The notes below the pieces were generated by a model. That model had not been told where the DNA came from. It was given only the letters and a program-made list of their open reading frames with translations, and searched no databases. A DNA stretch of 64,000 nt from Thalassobaculaceae bacterium (GTDB lineage: Bacteria; Pseudomonadota; Alphaproteobacteria; Thalassobaculales; Thalassobaculaceae). Of the stretch, positions 21,701 through 30,527 are shown one piece after another. The first letter of the stretch is position 1. Each line of letters starts with the position of its first letter. Made by a program: the position numbers and the translations under genes. The stretch covers positions 3,184,457 to 3,248,456 of the forward strand of contig OY829383.1 in NCBI GenBank assembly GCA_963691835.1, in the 5' to 3' direction.

Positions 21701-23218
21701 GACCCCTCCATCAATGTGGATGGAACCGTGACCAATCTGTCCCCGGTCCCCCCTCTTCCAGGTGCGCCCACGGCCAGACTGTCTTTTGAAGCCTCTGTCG
21801 AAGACCACGCTGTCTCGGCCAGTCTGACCGGAGCCGCCCCGTCGGTGGGCACTCTGAGCGCTTCAATGAGCACCCGTCTCACCGTACAGGTCGACGGGCC
21901 ACCGGTACTGCTGCCTGATGCCGACCTTGCGGGCGAAGCGACGGGCCGGATTGATCTGGCCCTTATCCCCGCAATTCTGGATCTCGGAGAGGACCGGGTC
22001 GTCGGCACGCTGGATGTCGATCTGGCTTTCGCCGGGACCGTTGACGCGCCGACCGCATCCGGCTCCGTCTCCCTCTCCGACGGACGGCTGGAGAACGATG
22101 CCCTGGGCACGATTGTCGATGAAATCTCCCTTCGCCTTGTCGGAGACGGAAACCGTCTCACTCTGGAAGCCTTTTCCGCCACCGACGGCGAGGAGGGCAC
22201 GCTCTCCGGGCGCGGGTCCGTGCGGCTGGATCCGGTGGCTAACTTTCCCTTCCGCTTCGAGGTGGAGGCCGACGGCTTCACGGCGGTTCGCCGGGACGAG
22301 GCGACGGTGGCCGTCGCCATGGACACGAACCTTGAGGGTAACTCCAAGGGCGCGACGCTTGGTGGCACCGTGACGGTGGAGGAAGCCGAAATCTTCATAG
22401 CGGCACCGCCGCCCGCAGACGTGGTCCTGGTTGAGATCGAAGAGGTTGGCGTCCCTCGAAACCGCCCCCTGGATCGTCCCAAAGAACCTCCCAAGCCGTC
22501 GCCCATCCTTCTGGATATGACGATCGACATCCCGGGACGCGCCTTCGTCCGGGGACGCGGCGTGGATAGCGAGTGGCGGGGGAACCTCAAGGTTGACGGC
22601 GACGCGAACCAGCCTTTGGTCAGTGGCTCGATTGAGGTTGTGAGGGGGGAGTTCAAGGCGGTTGGACGGACCTTCACCTTCGAGGAGGGCTTGGTCGGGC
22701 TCAACGGCGACCCTGACATCGACCCATCGGTCGCCATTCAACTAACGACCGAGCTGTCGGATCTGGATGTCGACATCAAGGTGAGTGGGACTGCCAAGGC
22801 ACCGGTCATCGACGTGGTCAGCTCTCCGTCCCTGCCGGAAGATGAGACTCTCGCACGAATTCTGTTTGGTCAGTCGGTCGCGGAGCTGTCGCCGCTGCAG
22901 GCGCTGCAATTGGCGCGATCCGCGGCGATCCTGTCGGGAGAACTCGACGGCCCAGGGGCGCTGGATGGTGTGCGCGATCAGCTTGGCTTCGACACGATTG
23001 ATGTCACCGGCGGTGGACAGGGTGGTCTGGAAGCCGCTGGGTTGTCCGTGGGGAAATACATCGCCCCCGGTGTTTTCCTGCAGCTCGTCCAGGGCTTCTC
23101 CACCGGTTCAAGCAAGGCGGTCGTCGAGGTGGAGCTTACCGACTCCGTGACTGTTGAGTCCGATCTGGGGGCCGACAGTCAGGGCCGGGTTGGCGTCAAC
23201 CTCAAACTCGACTATTGA
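18779..23218 (+). CDS. tamB: Translocation and assembly module protein TamB (DUF490 family)
   Basis: 1479 aa with a single N-terminal TM helix (FLIWALGFVLLVPTTVLLLVVLGL), a long repetitive beta-rich body, and a C-terminal TamB-type region (LSVGKYIAPGVFLQLVQG...VEVELTDSVTVESDLG). Located 15 nt after tamA. Confidence 0.8.
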   Translation: MGLLRRFLIWALGFVLLVPTTVLLLVVLGLQTEAGRGLLAEGVARASSEAGAPVLIGRIEGRVPFDMTARDISVADPDGIWFEAEALQVVWDPMTLLAGRARLEAVSLIRGKVHRAPQPPEDVQPPPPPSPVRLPPIPAIVDRLIVDGLEISADLAGDPLTIDGRFHARTAGSRITADGSVTAATADGQIGSADLETVLDVAEDTLSVSVVAAADRNSAVLEQMIPVTLPGDILVRLKGDGPVDGWRGRLDASAGDGVGLAGDIVLTRPSGVDLRISLDGAAEVRGLLTDPAFQERAEVIPVRVVTSVAESGDVSLEAFQITGYGAQVSASGLLKPVQQTASMDATLEIWDGERLPVPMSLPRIGGGSVTLTARLDGDTFEAEVNAALREGSFARPEIGVRARSLEAHAEVSGAVHALIGDGPESAAIEASLSVGGIVPLEDTPEPVGAAFETVERIEASLSGSVSRKGRLVIVDRIGVDTNVVSLEGQATATDFAWVELSGSASAPDLSVLEPIIGRAIGGAAAVSADATVGLSPFDVAGFLEAEIQEPALGEPDIDPLLGRIVTVDTAIAAGPDGAIVLDALSVEADLATARGRLSLTAAGAIDGRLTANVPDLSPLTRMAGRSVSGAVETSIDLGGSIDAPAIQVDWKAPGLSIAEVPPLSVVGGSADLLLALAEDRISGDVSAAAQIDGAPASLAASVAIADAGDRLEIRDLLLEGPATRLTGSLNVRPAVQRIDGEVSGDIEDLSALAALSPGDTPEIGGSASIRAVFSSTSGQTGDVSVVARGISVGAVSVEAAEVNGRVEDLFGSRLGRIDGAISGIVAETARIDSTVLAALVDGDAVSASLRLGGSVAVPDGDPLGVTVTGDARGTLSEAGADVVLERFDATIADRRLGLVSPAMIGVAKEGGFLKGLAIAVGESRILADASLTREDLSGQVTVTALPVDIARVVAPSLGLDGRIDVSATVAGSLADPSINVDGTVTNLSPVPPLPGAPTARLSFEASVEDHAVSASLTGAAPSVGTLSASMSTRLTVQVDGPPVLLPDADLAGEATGRIDLALIPAILDLGEDRVVGTLDVDLAFAGTVDAPTASGSVSLSDGRLENDALGTIVDEISLRLVGDGNRLTLEAFSATDGEEGTLSGRGSVRLDPVANFPFRFEVEADGFTAVRRDEATVAVAMDTNLEGNSKGATLGGTVTVEEAEIFIAAPPPADVVLVEIEEVGVPRNRPLDRPKEPPKPSPILLDMTIDIPGRAFVRGRGVDSEWRGNLKVDGDANQPLVSGSIEVVRGEFKAVGRTFTFEEGLVGLNGDPDIDPSVAIQLTTELSDLDVDIKVSGTAKAPVIDVVSSPSLPEDETLARILFGQSVAELSPLQALQLARSAAILSGELDGPGALDGVRDQLGFDTIDVTGGGQGGLEAAGLSVGKYIAPGVFLQLVQGFSTGSSKAVVEVELTDSVTVESDLGADSQGRVGVNLKLDY

Positions 23219-23251
23219 GGCAGCCAGCCCGTTTCATCGTGAGGAGTTCCC

Positions 23252-23716
23252 ATGTCCGCCGATACCGGTGCCCCGAGCCCAACCGACCGCGCCTTCTATA
23301 AGGCGTTCCGCACCGACATCCTCCGGTTCGCCGACCTGGACACGGTCGGGCATGTGAACAACAACGCGATCGGCGTGTTCCTGGAGAACGGCCGGGTCAC
23401 CCTGTTCGCAGAGGCTGGGGAGGACATCTCCGCCAATGCGTCTTATGGCAAGACCTTCTCGTGGGTCGTCCGGCGGCTTGAGATCGACTTCATTCACGAG
23501 ATCCGTTTTCCGGGGACGGTCGAGATCGGAACGACCGTGACCCGCTTCGGCAATTCCTCGTGCGATGTCCATCAGGGCATCTTTGTCGATGGCCGCTGCG
23601 TGGTGACATCCAAGACAATCGCCGTTTGCTTCGATCTCGCCAACCGCACCTCGACGCCCATTCCCGACAGCGTTCGGGCTGCGTTGCGGGAGAAGGCTGG
23701 GGCCCCGGGCGCCTAG
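23252..23716 (+). CDS. Acyl-CoA thioesterase, 4HBT (hotdog) family
   Basis: 154 aa: RFADLDTVGHVNNNAIGVFLENGR... matches the YbgC/4HBT catalytic region (D-x-x-G-H-V-N-N). Confidence 0.75.
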   Translation: MSADTGAPSPTDRAFYKAFRTDILRFADLDTVGHVNNNAIGVFLENGRVTLFAEAGEDISANASYGKTFSWVVRRLEIDFIHEIRFPGTVEIGTTVTRFGNSSCDVHQGIFVDGRCVVTSKTIAVCFDLANRTSTPIPDSVRAALREKAGAPGA

Positions 23717-23802
23717 AGCAGATCGTCCGGCGCTTGGATCACTTTGTGATCAAAGCGCAGGTCGTGAATCTCCTCTAGCTAATTGTTTTAGAGGCAAATT
23801 CA

Positions 23803-23841
23803 CAGCAGCTATTGGTCCACGGTGTGATTCAATAGCTGCTG
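23803..23841. terminator. Inverted repeat in a convergent AT-rich spacer (possible bidirectional terminator)
   Basis: cagcagctatt (23803-23813) and aatagctgctg (23831-23841) form a perfect 11-bp inverted repeat with a 17-nt spacer, followed by atttgg. It lies between the stops of the thioesterase (+) and purB (-). Confidence 0.4.
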
Positions 23842-23880
23842 ATTTGGCTCTGGCCAACGGGCCAGGGCGTCTTCCGAATT

Positions 23881-25203
23881 CTACTCGGCCGCCGCTTGAG
23901 ACACCGCAGTGTCTCCAAAGACGCGGGCGAAGATCGTGTCCACATGCTTGAGGTGGTAGGCGAGATCGAACAGGTCTTCGAGCTCCGGGGCTGTCATGAA
24001 CCCTGCGATCTCTTCGTCAGCCTTCAGGTTCTCGAGGAAATCGGCACCCTCAAGCCAGACCGGCATCGCGTTGCGCTGAACGGCGGCGTAGGAGGCCTCC
24101 CGGCTCATGCCCTTTTGGGTCAAGGCGAGCAGCACGCGCTGGGAGTGGATCAGGCCGCCGAGCGCGTCGAGATTGCGTTGCAGGTTCTCCGGATAAACGA
24201 CCAGTTTCTCCACCACGCCGGCGAGGCGGTTCAGTGCGAAATCGAGGGTCACCGTCGCGTCCGGGCCAATCATGCGCTCAACCGATGAGTGGGAGATGTC
24301 CCGCTCGTGCCAAAGCGCCACATTCTCCATCGCCGGGATCACTGCCGATCGGACAATCCGGGCAAGACCGGTCAGATTCTCCGTCAACACCGGGTTGCGC
24401 TTGTGCGGCATGGCGGAGGAGCCCTTCTGACCCGCCGAGAAGTACTCCTCAGCTTCCCGAACCTCGCTCCGCTGGAGATGCCGGATCTCGGTCGCCAACC
24501 TCTCCACAGCGCTGGCGACGACGCCGAAGACGGCAAATGCCATGGCGTGCCGGTCACGCGGGATCACCTGTGTCGAGACCGGCTCAATAACCAGGCCGAG
24601 CTTCTCCGCCACATGGGCTTCCACGTGTGGGTCGATGTTGGCGAACGTGCCCACAGCACCGGAAATCTGACAGGTCGCGACTTCCCTTCGCGCGATCTCC
24701 AGCCGTTCCCGGCAGCGGGCGAATTCAGCGTAGTACCCGGCAAGCTTCAGGCCGAACGTGGTCGGCTCCGCGTGGATGCCGTGGCTGCGGCCTACGGTCG
24801 GGGTCATCTTGTGCTCGACGGCCCGGGTTTTGAGCGCGGCCAGCAAGCGGTCCATGTCGGCCAGCAGCAGATCGATCGCCTGGGTCATCTGCACCGCGAA
24901 GCACGTATCCAGCACATCCGACGACGTCATGCCTTGGTGGACGAACCGCGCCTCCTCTCCGACATGCTCGGCGAGGTTCGTTAGGAAGGCGATGACGTCG
25001 TGCTTCACCTCCCGCTCAATGGCATCGATCCGGTCGACCTCGAAGGCGCCGCGCTCCCAAACCGCTTTGGCGGCTTCCGCCGGGATGACGCCAAGCTCGG
25101 CCTGTGCGTCGCAGGCGTGGGCCTCGATCTCGAACCAGATTCGGAACTTGTTCTCCGGCTCCCAGATTTCGGTCATCTCGGGACGGGAGTAGCGCGGGAT
25201 CAT
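23881..25203 (-). CDS. purB: Adenylosuccinate lyase
   Basis: 440 aa: [20 protein letters not shown]..., signature [11 protein letters not shown], fumarate-lyase superfamily layout. Confidence 0.95.
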   Translation of the reverse strand: MIPRYSRPEMTEIWEPENKFRIWFEIEAHACDAQAELGVIPAEAAKAVWERGAFEVDRIDAIEREVKHDVIAFLTNLAEHVGEEARFVHQGMTSSDVLDTCFAVQMTQAIDLLLADMDRLLAALKTRAVEHKMTPTVGRSHGIHAEPTTFGLKLAGYYAEFARCRERLEIARREVATCQISGAVGTFANIDPHVEAHVAEKLGLVIEPVSTQVIPRDRHAMAFAVFGVVASAVERLATEIRHLQRSEVREAEEYFSAGQKGSSAMPHKRNPVLTENLTGLARIVRSAVIPAMENVALWHERDISHSSVERMIGPDATVTLDFALNRLAGVVEKLVVYPENLQRNLDALGGLIHSQRVLLALTQKGMSREASYAAVQRNAMPVWLEGADFLENLKADEEIAGFMTAPELEDLFDLAYHLKHVDTIFARVFGDTAVSQAAAE

Positions 25204-25385
25204 GGGCTTGGTCTCTCGGTCGGGTCTATTGGTCGCCGGCGGTGTGCCGCGGGCAACGGCTTGCAGCGAAGCCGTGCCGCCAAGGTGGCGCGTCGAAGCC
25301 GGTGCTTATATCATCCGCGCCCGCGATCGTCACGGTCGCTTACCCCTTCCGGACCGGTGGGCGGCGTTCGCACGAGGAGGCAGGA

Positions 25386-26495
25386 ATGAAGGTCAACGGA
25401 AACCCGATGCGCACGATCTGGCCGGGTGCCGATGGTATCTCGGTTGAGATCATCGACCAGACCAAGCTGCCGCATGTGTTTGAGGTCGCCCGGCTCAAAA
25501 CGCTGGCGGAGTCGGCGCACGCGATCAAAGCGATGCTTGTCCGGGGCGCGCCGCTGATCGGTGCCACCGCGGCCTTCGGCATGTGGCTGGCAATGCGGGA
25601 AGACGCTTCGGATTCGGGCCTCGCCAACGCTTACGATGTGCTTTTCGCGACCCGGCCCACGGCGGTCAATCTACGTTGGGCGCTGGATGCGGCCCGGTCG
25701 CGGTTGTCCGTTCTGCCCATCGGCGACCGGGCGGACGCCGCCTTCGCCCTGGCGGTTGAGATCGCGGATGAGGATGTGGGCATCAACCGTGCGATCGGGG
25801 AGGCCGGTCTCCCCGTCATCAAGGAGATCGCGGCCCGGAAAGGGACCGGCGAGCCCGTCAACATCCTGACTCACTGCAACGCTGGTTGGTTGGCGACGGT
25901 GGATTGGGGGACGGCGACCGCGCCGATCTACCTCGCCCACGACGCTGGTATTCCCGTCCATGTATGGGTGGATGAGACGCGGCCCCGGAACCAGGGGGCC
26001 AGTCTGACGGCGTGGGAGCTCAACAATCACGGAGTGCCGCATACAGTTATCGTCGACAACGCAGGCGGCCATTACATGCAGCATGGCTTGGTCGACATGG
26101 TCATCACCGGAACCGACCGGACCACCCGGTCAGGCGATGTCTGCAACAAGATCGGGACGTATTTGAAAGCATTGGCAGCCAAGGACAACGGGGTACCGTT
26201 CTACGTGGCACTGCCCTCGCCGACGGTCGACTGGTCAATCTCGGACGGAGTGGCGGACGTGCCGATCGAAGAGCGTTCCGGGGATGAGGTGACGAAGATC
26301 ACAGGGCGGCTTGATAGCGGCGAGGTTGCGACCGTCGTGATCACGCCTGACGGCAGCCCGGCCGGCAACCCGGCTTTCGATGTGACCCCGGCAAGGCTGG
26401 TGACGGAGCTGGTAACGGAACGTGGACGATGCCCGGCGACGGAAGTGGGCCTTTTGGGGCTGTTCCCCGAGCAGCGCGCCGCAGGAGAGGACTGA
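25386..26495 (+). CDS. mtnA: S-methyl-5-thioribose-1-phosphate isomerase
   Basis: From the ATG at 25386: ...IDQTKLPH...[14 protein letters not shown]...[10 protein letters not shown]...[17 protein letters not shown]...[13 protein letters not shown]..., the eIF-2B/MtnA family pattern. The upstream part of the 25104 ORF overlaps purB and is rejected. Confidence 0.9.
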   Translation: MKVNGNPMRTIWPGADGISVEIIDQTKLPHVFEVARLKTLAESAHAIKAMLVRGAPLIGATAAFGMWLAMREDASDSGLANAYDVLFATRPTAVNLRWALDAARSRLSVLPIGDRADAAFALAVEIADEDVGINRAIGEAGLPVIKEIAARKGTGEPVNILTHCNAGWLATVDWGTATAPIYLAHDAGIPVHVWVDETRPRNQGASLTAWELNNHGVPHTVIVDNAGGHYMQHGLVDMVITGTDRTTRSGDVCNKIGTYLKALAAKDNGVPFYVALPSPTVDWSISDGVADVPIEERSGDEVTKITGRLDSGEVATVVITPDGSPAGNPAFDVTPARLVTELVTERGRCPATEVGLLGLFPEQRAAGED

Positions 26496-26497
26496 CC

Positions 26498-27319
26498 ATG
26501 GCGACCGAGAAGCCCGAGAAGAAAGCGAAAAAGAAGGCCGCGCCGAAGATCGGTAAGGCCGAGCGGGCGCTTCGTCAGAAGGTGATCGATACCTGCCTTC
26601 AGATGAACGCCATGGGCATCAACCAGGGCACCTCTGGCAATGCCAGCGTCCGGATCTCCGACAAACCGGAAGACGGCTTCTTCATCACGCCCTCAGCCAT
26701 CCCCTATGCGGACATCAAGCCCGAGGATGTGGTCCCGATGCAGTTGGACGGGACCTGGGCGGGTGAGCGGAAGCCGTCCAGCGAGTGGCGGTTTCACCTG
26801 GACATCATGCGCGAACGCCAGGATTGCGGCGCGATCGTCCATACTCACGGGGCATATGTCACCACGCTTGCGTGCCTTCACAAGGAGATCCCCGCGTTTC
26901 ACTACATGATCGCGCAAGCCGGTGGTCCGACGATCCGCTGCGCGCCCTACGCGACGTTCGGCACACAAGAGCTGTCTGACCACGCGCTGAAAGCGATGGA
27001 GGGACGGCGGGCGTGCCTGCTTGCGAACCACGGCATGATCGCGATCGGCCCGAACCTGGATAAGGCGCTGGCGCTGGCACTCGAGGTGGAGACGCTGGCG
27101 CGGATGTACTGGCAGGCGCTTCAGGTCGGCAAGCCAAAGATCCTGCCGGACGATGAAATCGCCCGGGTTGGCGAGAAGTTCGGCACGATGGGGTATGGAA
27201 CCGTGGAGAAGGCAACGGACGAAGCCAAACCCGCCCCGAAGAAGCGGGTGCCGGCGGCTAAATCCACTTCCCGTCGGGCGCCTGCTCGCTCACGTCCATC
27301 TCGGACAACGCGGGGATGA
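26498..27319 (+). CDS. Class II aldolase/adducin-family protein (MtnB dehydratase-like or 5-methylthioribulose-1-P aldolase-like)
   Basis: ATG 2 nt after the mtnA stop. Core GINQGTSGNASVR...SSEWRFHLDIM...IVHTHGAY...LLANHGMIAIG is the class II aldolase fold with the His metal ligands. It has unusual Lys-rich N- and C-terminal tails. Confidence 0.75.
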   Translation: MATEKPEKKAKKKAAPKIGKAERALRQKVIDTCLQMNAMGINQGTSGNASVRISDKPEDGFFITPSAIPYADIKPEDVVPMQLDGTWAGERKPSSEWRFHLDIMRERQDCGAIVHTHGAYVTTLACLHKEIPAFHYMIAQAGGPTIRCAPYATFGTQELSDHALKAMEGRRACLLANHGMIAIGPNLDKALALALEVETLARMYWQALQVGKPKILPDDEIARVGEKFGTMGYGTVEKATDEAKPAPKKRVPAAKSTSRRAPARSRPSRTTRG

Positions 27320-27842
27320 CGGCATCTGTCGTCTCCACCACGGTGAACATCTCGAGATTGCTTTTCTGTGCGAAGTCGCTGTCGACCGTATGATGGATCA
27401 GTGTGACCAGCGGACTCCAGAACCCGTTGGTGTTCACGATCACGACCGGCTTCTTCGACAACCCGAGCTGCGTCCACGTCAGGACCTCGAACGTCTCATC
27501 CAGCGTGCCGAGCCCGCCGGGCAGAATGACGAACGCATCGGATCGTTCGTACATCATCCGTTTGCGGTCGTGCATGTTCTCGGTGACAACCAATTCGTCA
27601 ATCTCGTTGAAGCCGACCTCCCGGCTTTCCAGAAAACTCGGAATGATCCCAACGACCTTGGCGCCTGAGGTCAGAGCCGCTTCGGCGACGAGCCCCATCA
27701 GACCGACTTTGCCGCCACCGTAGACGAGGTTCATGCCCGCCTCGCCGATGCGGCGGCCCATATCCTTCGCCGCCTCGTGATAGGCTGGGTCGACCCGCAT
27801 GGAGGAGCCGCAGAAAACGCAGATGTTTTGAACTTTTGCCAT
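27258..27842 (-). CDS. LOG-family (TIGR00730-type) nucleotide 5'-monophosphate nucleosidase
   Basis: From the ATG at 27842: ICVFCGSS...LVYGGGKVGLMG...ILPGGLGTLDETFEVLTWTQLG are the diagnostic LOG motifs. The longer ORF to 28106 is rejected. Confidence 0.85.
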   Translation of the reverse strand: MAKVQNICVFCGSSMRVDPAYHEAAKDMGRRIGEAGMNLVYGGGKVGLMGLVAEAALTSGAKVVGIIPSFLESREVGFNEIDELVVTENMHDRKRMMYERSDAFVILPGGLGTLDETFEVLTWTQLGLSKKPVVIVNTNGFWSPLVTLIHHTVDSDFAQKSNLEMFTVVETTDAVIPALSEMDVSEQAPDGKWI

Positions 27843-27990
27843 GTGCCCGTGTAGGGCACCCCGGCCGCTCGGGTCAACGTGAAATGCCCGATGCAGGACC
27901 ACGATGCGGCGCTCTGCCGGAATGCCCTGGAATTGCGCCGTTTTCGCCCAAGGTCTATTGTCTCGAGAGGATCGAGGGAGGAATGCCTGG

Positions 27991-29817
27991 ATGAAACCCG
28001 TGACGCTTGGCGTGATCGGTGTGGTGATCGCCGCTGGTGCGGCCGGTACATTTCTGTACTTGGAGCAGGATACACCACCGGCCGAGGTGGCCTCCGCACC
28101 CGCCACGGCGCCCGCTCCGGCCCCGGCGCCCGCTCCGGCTCAACCCGCACCACAGGTCACGGCACCCGCGCCAGCGCCCGCCGCCACGAATGATGAGAAA
28201 CCGGCAGAGAGCACGGTTGCCATAGCACCGCCGCCCAAGCCGGAAGAGCCCGCCGAGGATACGAGCCCGAAGTTCGACATCGTGCGGGTGGAACCGGACG
28301 GGAGCACGATTATCGCCGGTCGTGCGGCGCCAAACGTCGTCATCATCCTGCGGGACGGCAACACGGAGATTGCCCGCGCCACGACCGACGATCAGGGCGA
28401 GTTCGTGCAGATCCCCGACCTTCCCCTGGACCCTGGCAACCGCGTTCTGACGCTTGAAGAGGTGACGCCGGACGGTCAGGTCCGCCCATCCACGGATTCG
28501 GTCGTGGTTGTCGTGCCGGAGCCTGGCAAGGACGTCGCGGGCAATGAGGCGACGGCCGAGACCGACCGGACCCCGCTTGCCATGGTCATTCCCAGGACGG
28601 AAGGAGCGACGGCGCCATCGGTGGTCCTGCAAGCGCCCAAGGCCCCGGAAACCCCGGGGGCACCCGCCGTTTCGGCCGCGCCCGCGCCGCCGCCCGTGCC
28701 GGACACAGCGCCAGCTCCCGCGCAGGTCGCCGCCGCCACTGAGACCCCGTCTTCGCCAGACGCACAAGAATCCGGCCAAACCGTGGATACCGCCGCTGCG
28801 GCAGCATCGACTGAGGAGACGAACAAAGCGTCTGATCCTGCGGAAAGTACGGCTGTCGCGAACACGGCGTCTGGCACTGACCGGGCTGGAAAAGTTCAGG
28901 TTCCCGGAGTGGTGATCAAGACTTTCCCCGAGACCAAGCAGGTCGAGGTTCCGAAAGCGCCGGAAACGCAGGTCACCTCCGCGCAGTCGTCTTCAACAGA
29001 ATCTGCAGCACCGGCGGATAGTGCCACAGCGGCCACTGTGGGGGCCTCGGCGGGGACCACTGCGGGGACCACTGCGGCGACCGCCCCCGCGGCGCCCGAC
29101 AAGTCCGACACGTCATCGGATGGATCGGTTGCCGAAGTGCGGAGCGCATCCGAAAGCCAGGTGGCCGCTTTACCTGCGGGAACGACGCCCACCACGTCCA
29201 CCTCTCAGGAAGAACCGGCTTCGTCAGCGCCCGCCGCGGCGGCGACGCCGGCCTCAACCGCTACTCCAACCCCAACCCCAACCCCAGCCCTTCAGGCGCC
29301 GACCGGGGCGGCTGCCACGGTTGAGACAACGGCGCCGACGGCCCCGTCGGGTGTCGCGACGGGGACGACCGAGACGCTGTCGGTCGACACGGTCGACTAT
29401 GACGACAAGGGCGAGGTGGTTTTCAGCGGCACCGCCGAACCGGAGGCCGAGGTTCAGGTCTATGTGGACAACAAGATCGCGGGCCGGACCAAGGCCGGCG
29501 ACGAGGGAAAATGGGTTCTGAAGCCTGAAGAGGCGATCGAGCCGGGCACCCACACCGTCCGGATCGACAGAATTGAGCCGACGGGAGATGTGCTCGCGCG
29601 GGTCGAGTTGCCGTTTGTGCGGGCGGAGCCGCTTCGCGACCTTCCGGCGGGGACCGTCGTCATCATTCAGCCAGGCAACAATCTCTGGCGCATCGCGACG
29701 CGTGTCTACGGCAGCGGACTTCGGTATACGGAGATCTTTCAGGCCAACCAGGAACAGATCAGAGATCCGAATCTCATCTATCCCGGTCAGGTCTTCGGTC
29801 TTCCGGATGTGAACTGA
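27991..29817 (+). CDS. LysM-domain peptidoglycan-binding protein with a long Pro/Ala/Thr-rich linker
   Basis: GGAGG-like RBS (gagggagg) just upstream of the ATG at 27991, an N-terminal TM helix (VTLGVIGVVIAAGAAG) and ~430 aa of low-complexity PAPA/TA/TP sequence. The C-terminal LysM is VVIIQPGNNLWRIATRVYGSGLRYTEIFQANQEQIRDPNLIYPGQVFGLP. Confidence 0.8.
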   Translation: MKPVTLGVIGVVIAAGAAGTFLYLEQDTPPAEVASAPATAPAPAPAPAPAQPAPQVTAPAPAPAATNDEKPAESTVAIAPPPKPEEPAEDTSPKFDIVRVEPDGSTIIAGRAAPNVVIILRDGNTEIARATTDDQGEFVQIPDLPLDPGNRVLTLEEVTPDGQVRPSTDSVVVVVPEPGKDVAGNEATAETDRTPLAMVIPRTEGATAPSVVLQAPKAPETPGAPAVSAAPAPPPVPDTAPAPAQVAAATETPSSPDAQESGQTVDTAAAAASTEETNKASDPAESTAVANTASGTDRAGKVQVPGVVIKTFPETKQVEVPKAPETQVTSAQSSSTESAAPADSATAATVGASAGTTAGTTAATAPAAPDKSDTSSDGSVAEVRSASESQVAALPAGTTPTTSTSQEEPASSAPAAAATPASTATPTPTPTPALQAPTGAAATVETTAPTAPSGVATGTTETLSVDTVDYDDKGEVVFSGTAEPEAEVQVYVDNKIAGRTKAGDEGKWVLKPEEAIEPGTHTVRIDRIEPTGDVLARVELPFVRAEPLRDLPAGTVVIIQPGNNLWRIATRVYGSGLRYTEIFQANQEQIRDPNLIYPGQVFGLPDVN

Positions 29818-29831
29818 GTTAGGTCATCAGC

Positions 29832-30527
29832 ATGGCGAGCGCGTTTGACGCGATCCAACTACGGGTCGCCAAAGAGGGATATCCGTTCATCGCGGGCTTT
29901 GCCGTAGCAACGGCCGTGCTGTGGTCCGTAGCGGAGCCGGCCGGACTTCTCGGGGTCGTTTTGACGGCATGGTGCGTCTACTTCTTCCGGGATCCAGAAC
30001 GGGTCACCCAAACACGGCCCGGCCTTGTGACATCGCCCGCCGATGGCGTGGTGCAGCTCATCGCGGAGGTGCCGCCCCCGCCCGATCTGGAAATGGGATC
30101 GGAACCGGTCATCCGGGTCAGTGTTTTCATGAACGTCTTCGACTGTCACGTGAACCGGATGCCTGTCGACGGCCGGGTGACCAAGTTGGTTTACAAGCCG
30201 GGCGCTTTCATGAATGCCGCGCTGGACAAGGCGAGTGAGGAGAACGAGCGCCAACTGGTGGCCATGCAAGACAAGGAGGGCCGCAACCTCGCGATGGTCC
30301 AGATCGCAGGCCTCGTTGCCCGCCGGATCGTCTGCAAACTGCGTGAAGGTCAGCCGGTCCTGGCCGGTGAGCGTATGGGCCTGATCCGGTTTGGCAGCCG
30401 GGTGGACGTCTATCTTCCGGTCGGCGTGTTCCCGCTGGTGGCGATCGGGCAGCGCTGCGTTGCGGGCGAGACCATTCTCGCCGACATGGTGTCCGGTGAG
30501 CCCGCACGGCAGGGGCAGGTTCGGTGA
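29832..30527 (+). CDS. psd: Phosphatidylserine decarboxylase proenzyme (short type)
   Basis: 231 aa. FFRDPER..., [15 protein letters not shown] and the self-cleavage region RFGSRVDV. Followed by pssA with a 4-nt overlap. Confidence 0.9.
   Translation: MASAFDAIQLRVAKEGYPFIAGFAVATAVLWSVAEPAGLLGVVLTAWCVYFFRDPERVTQTRPGLVTSPADGVVQLIAEVPPPPDLEMGSEPVIRVSVFMNVFDCHVNRMPVDGRVTKLVYKPGAFMNAALDKASEENERQLVAMQDKEGRNLAMVQIAGLVARRIVCKLREGQPVLAGERMGLIRFGSRVDVYLPVGVFPLVAIGQRCVAGETILADMVSGEPARQGQVR

Noticed and set aside
19735-22737. 1000-aa ORF on the minus strand
   Set aside because: It lies entirely antisense to tamB. Its translation is Ser/Arg/Pro/Ala/Thr-rich low complexity with no motifs. Stop-free antisense frames like this are an expected artefact of GC-rich codon usage. 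The plus-strand TamB reading is supported by its N-terminal anchor, C-terminal motif and tamA linkage.
25104-25385. N-terminal extensions of several track ORFs, for example mtnA from 25104, LOG to 28106, tamA from 16748, PhyH to 48151, IclR from 45344 and hemF from 8148
   Set aside because: The extensions overlap neighbouring genes or run through intergenic sequence, are Arg/Pro-rich, and precede internal starts. From those internal starts the sequence matches the family N-terminus ([12 protein letters not shown]..., MAKVQNICVFCGSS..., etc.). The internal starts were used.
28040-29350. Repetitive DNA that might suggest a CRISPR array or a mobile repeat
   Set aside because: The repeats are short, in frame, and encode PAPA/TATA/TPTP low-complexity peptide within one long ORF that ends in a LysM domain. 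There is no repeat-spacer periodicity of CRISPR size, and no CRISPR array was seen anywhere in the window.
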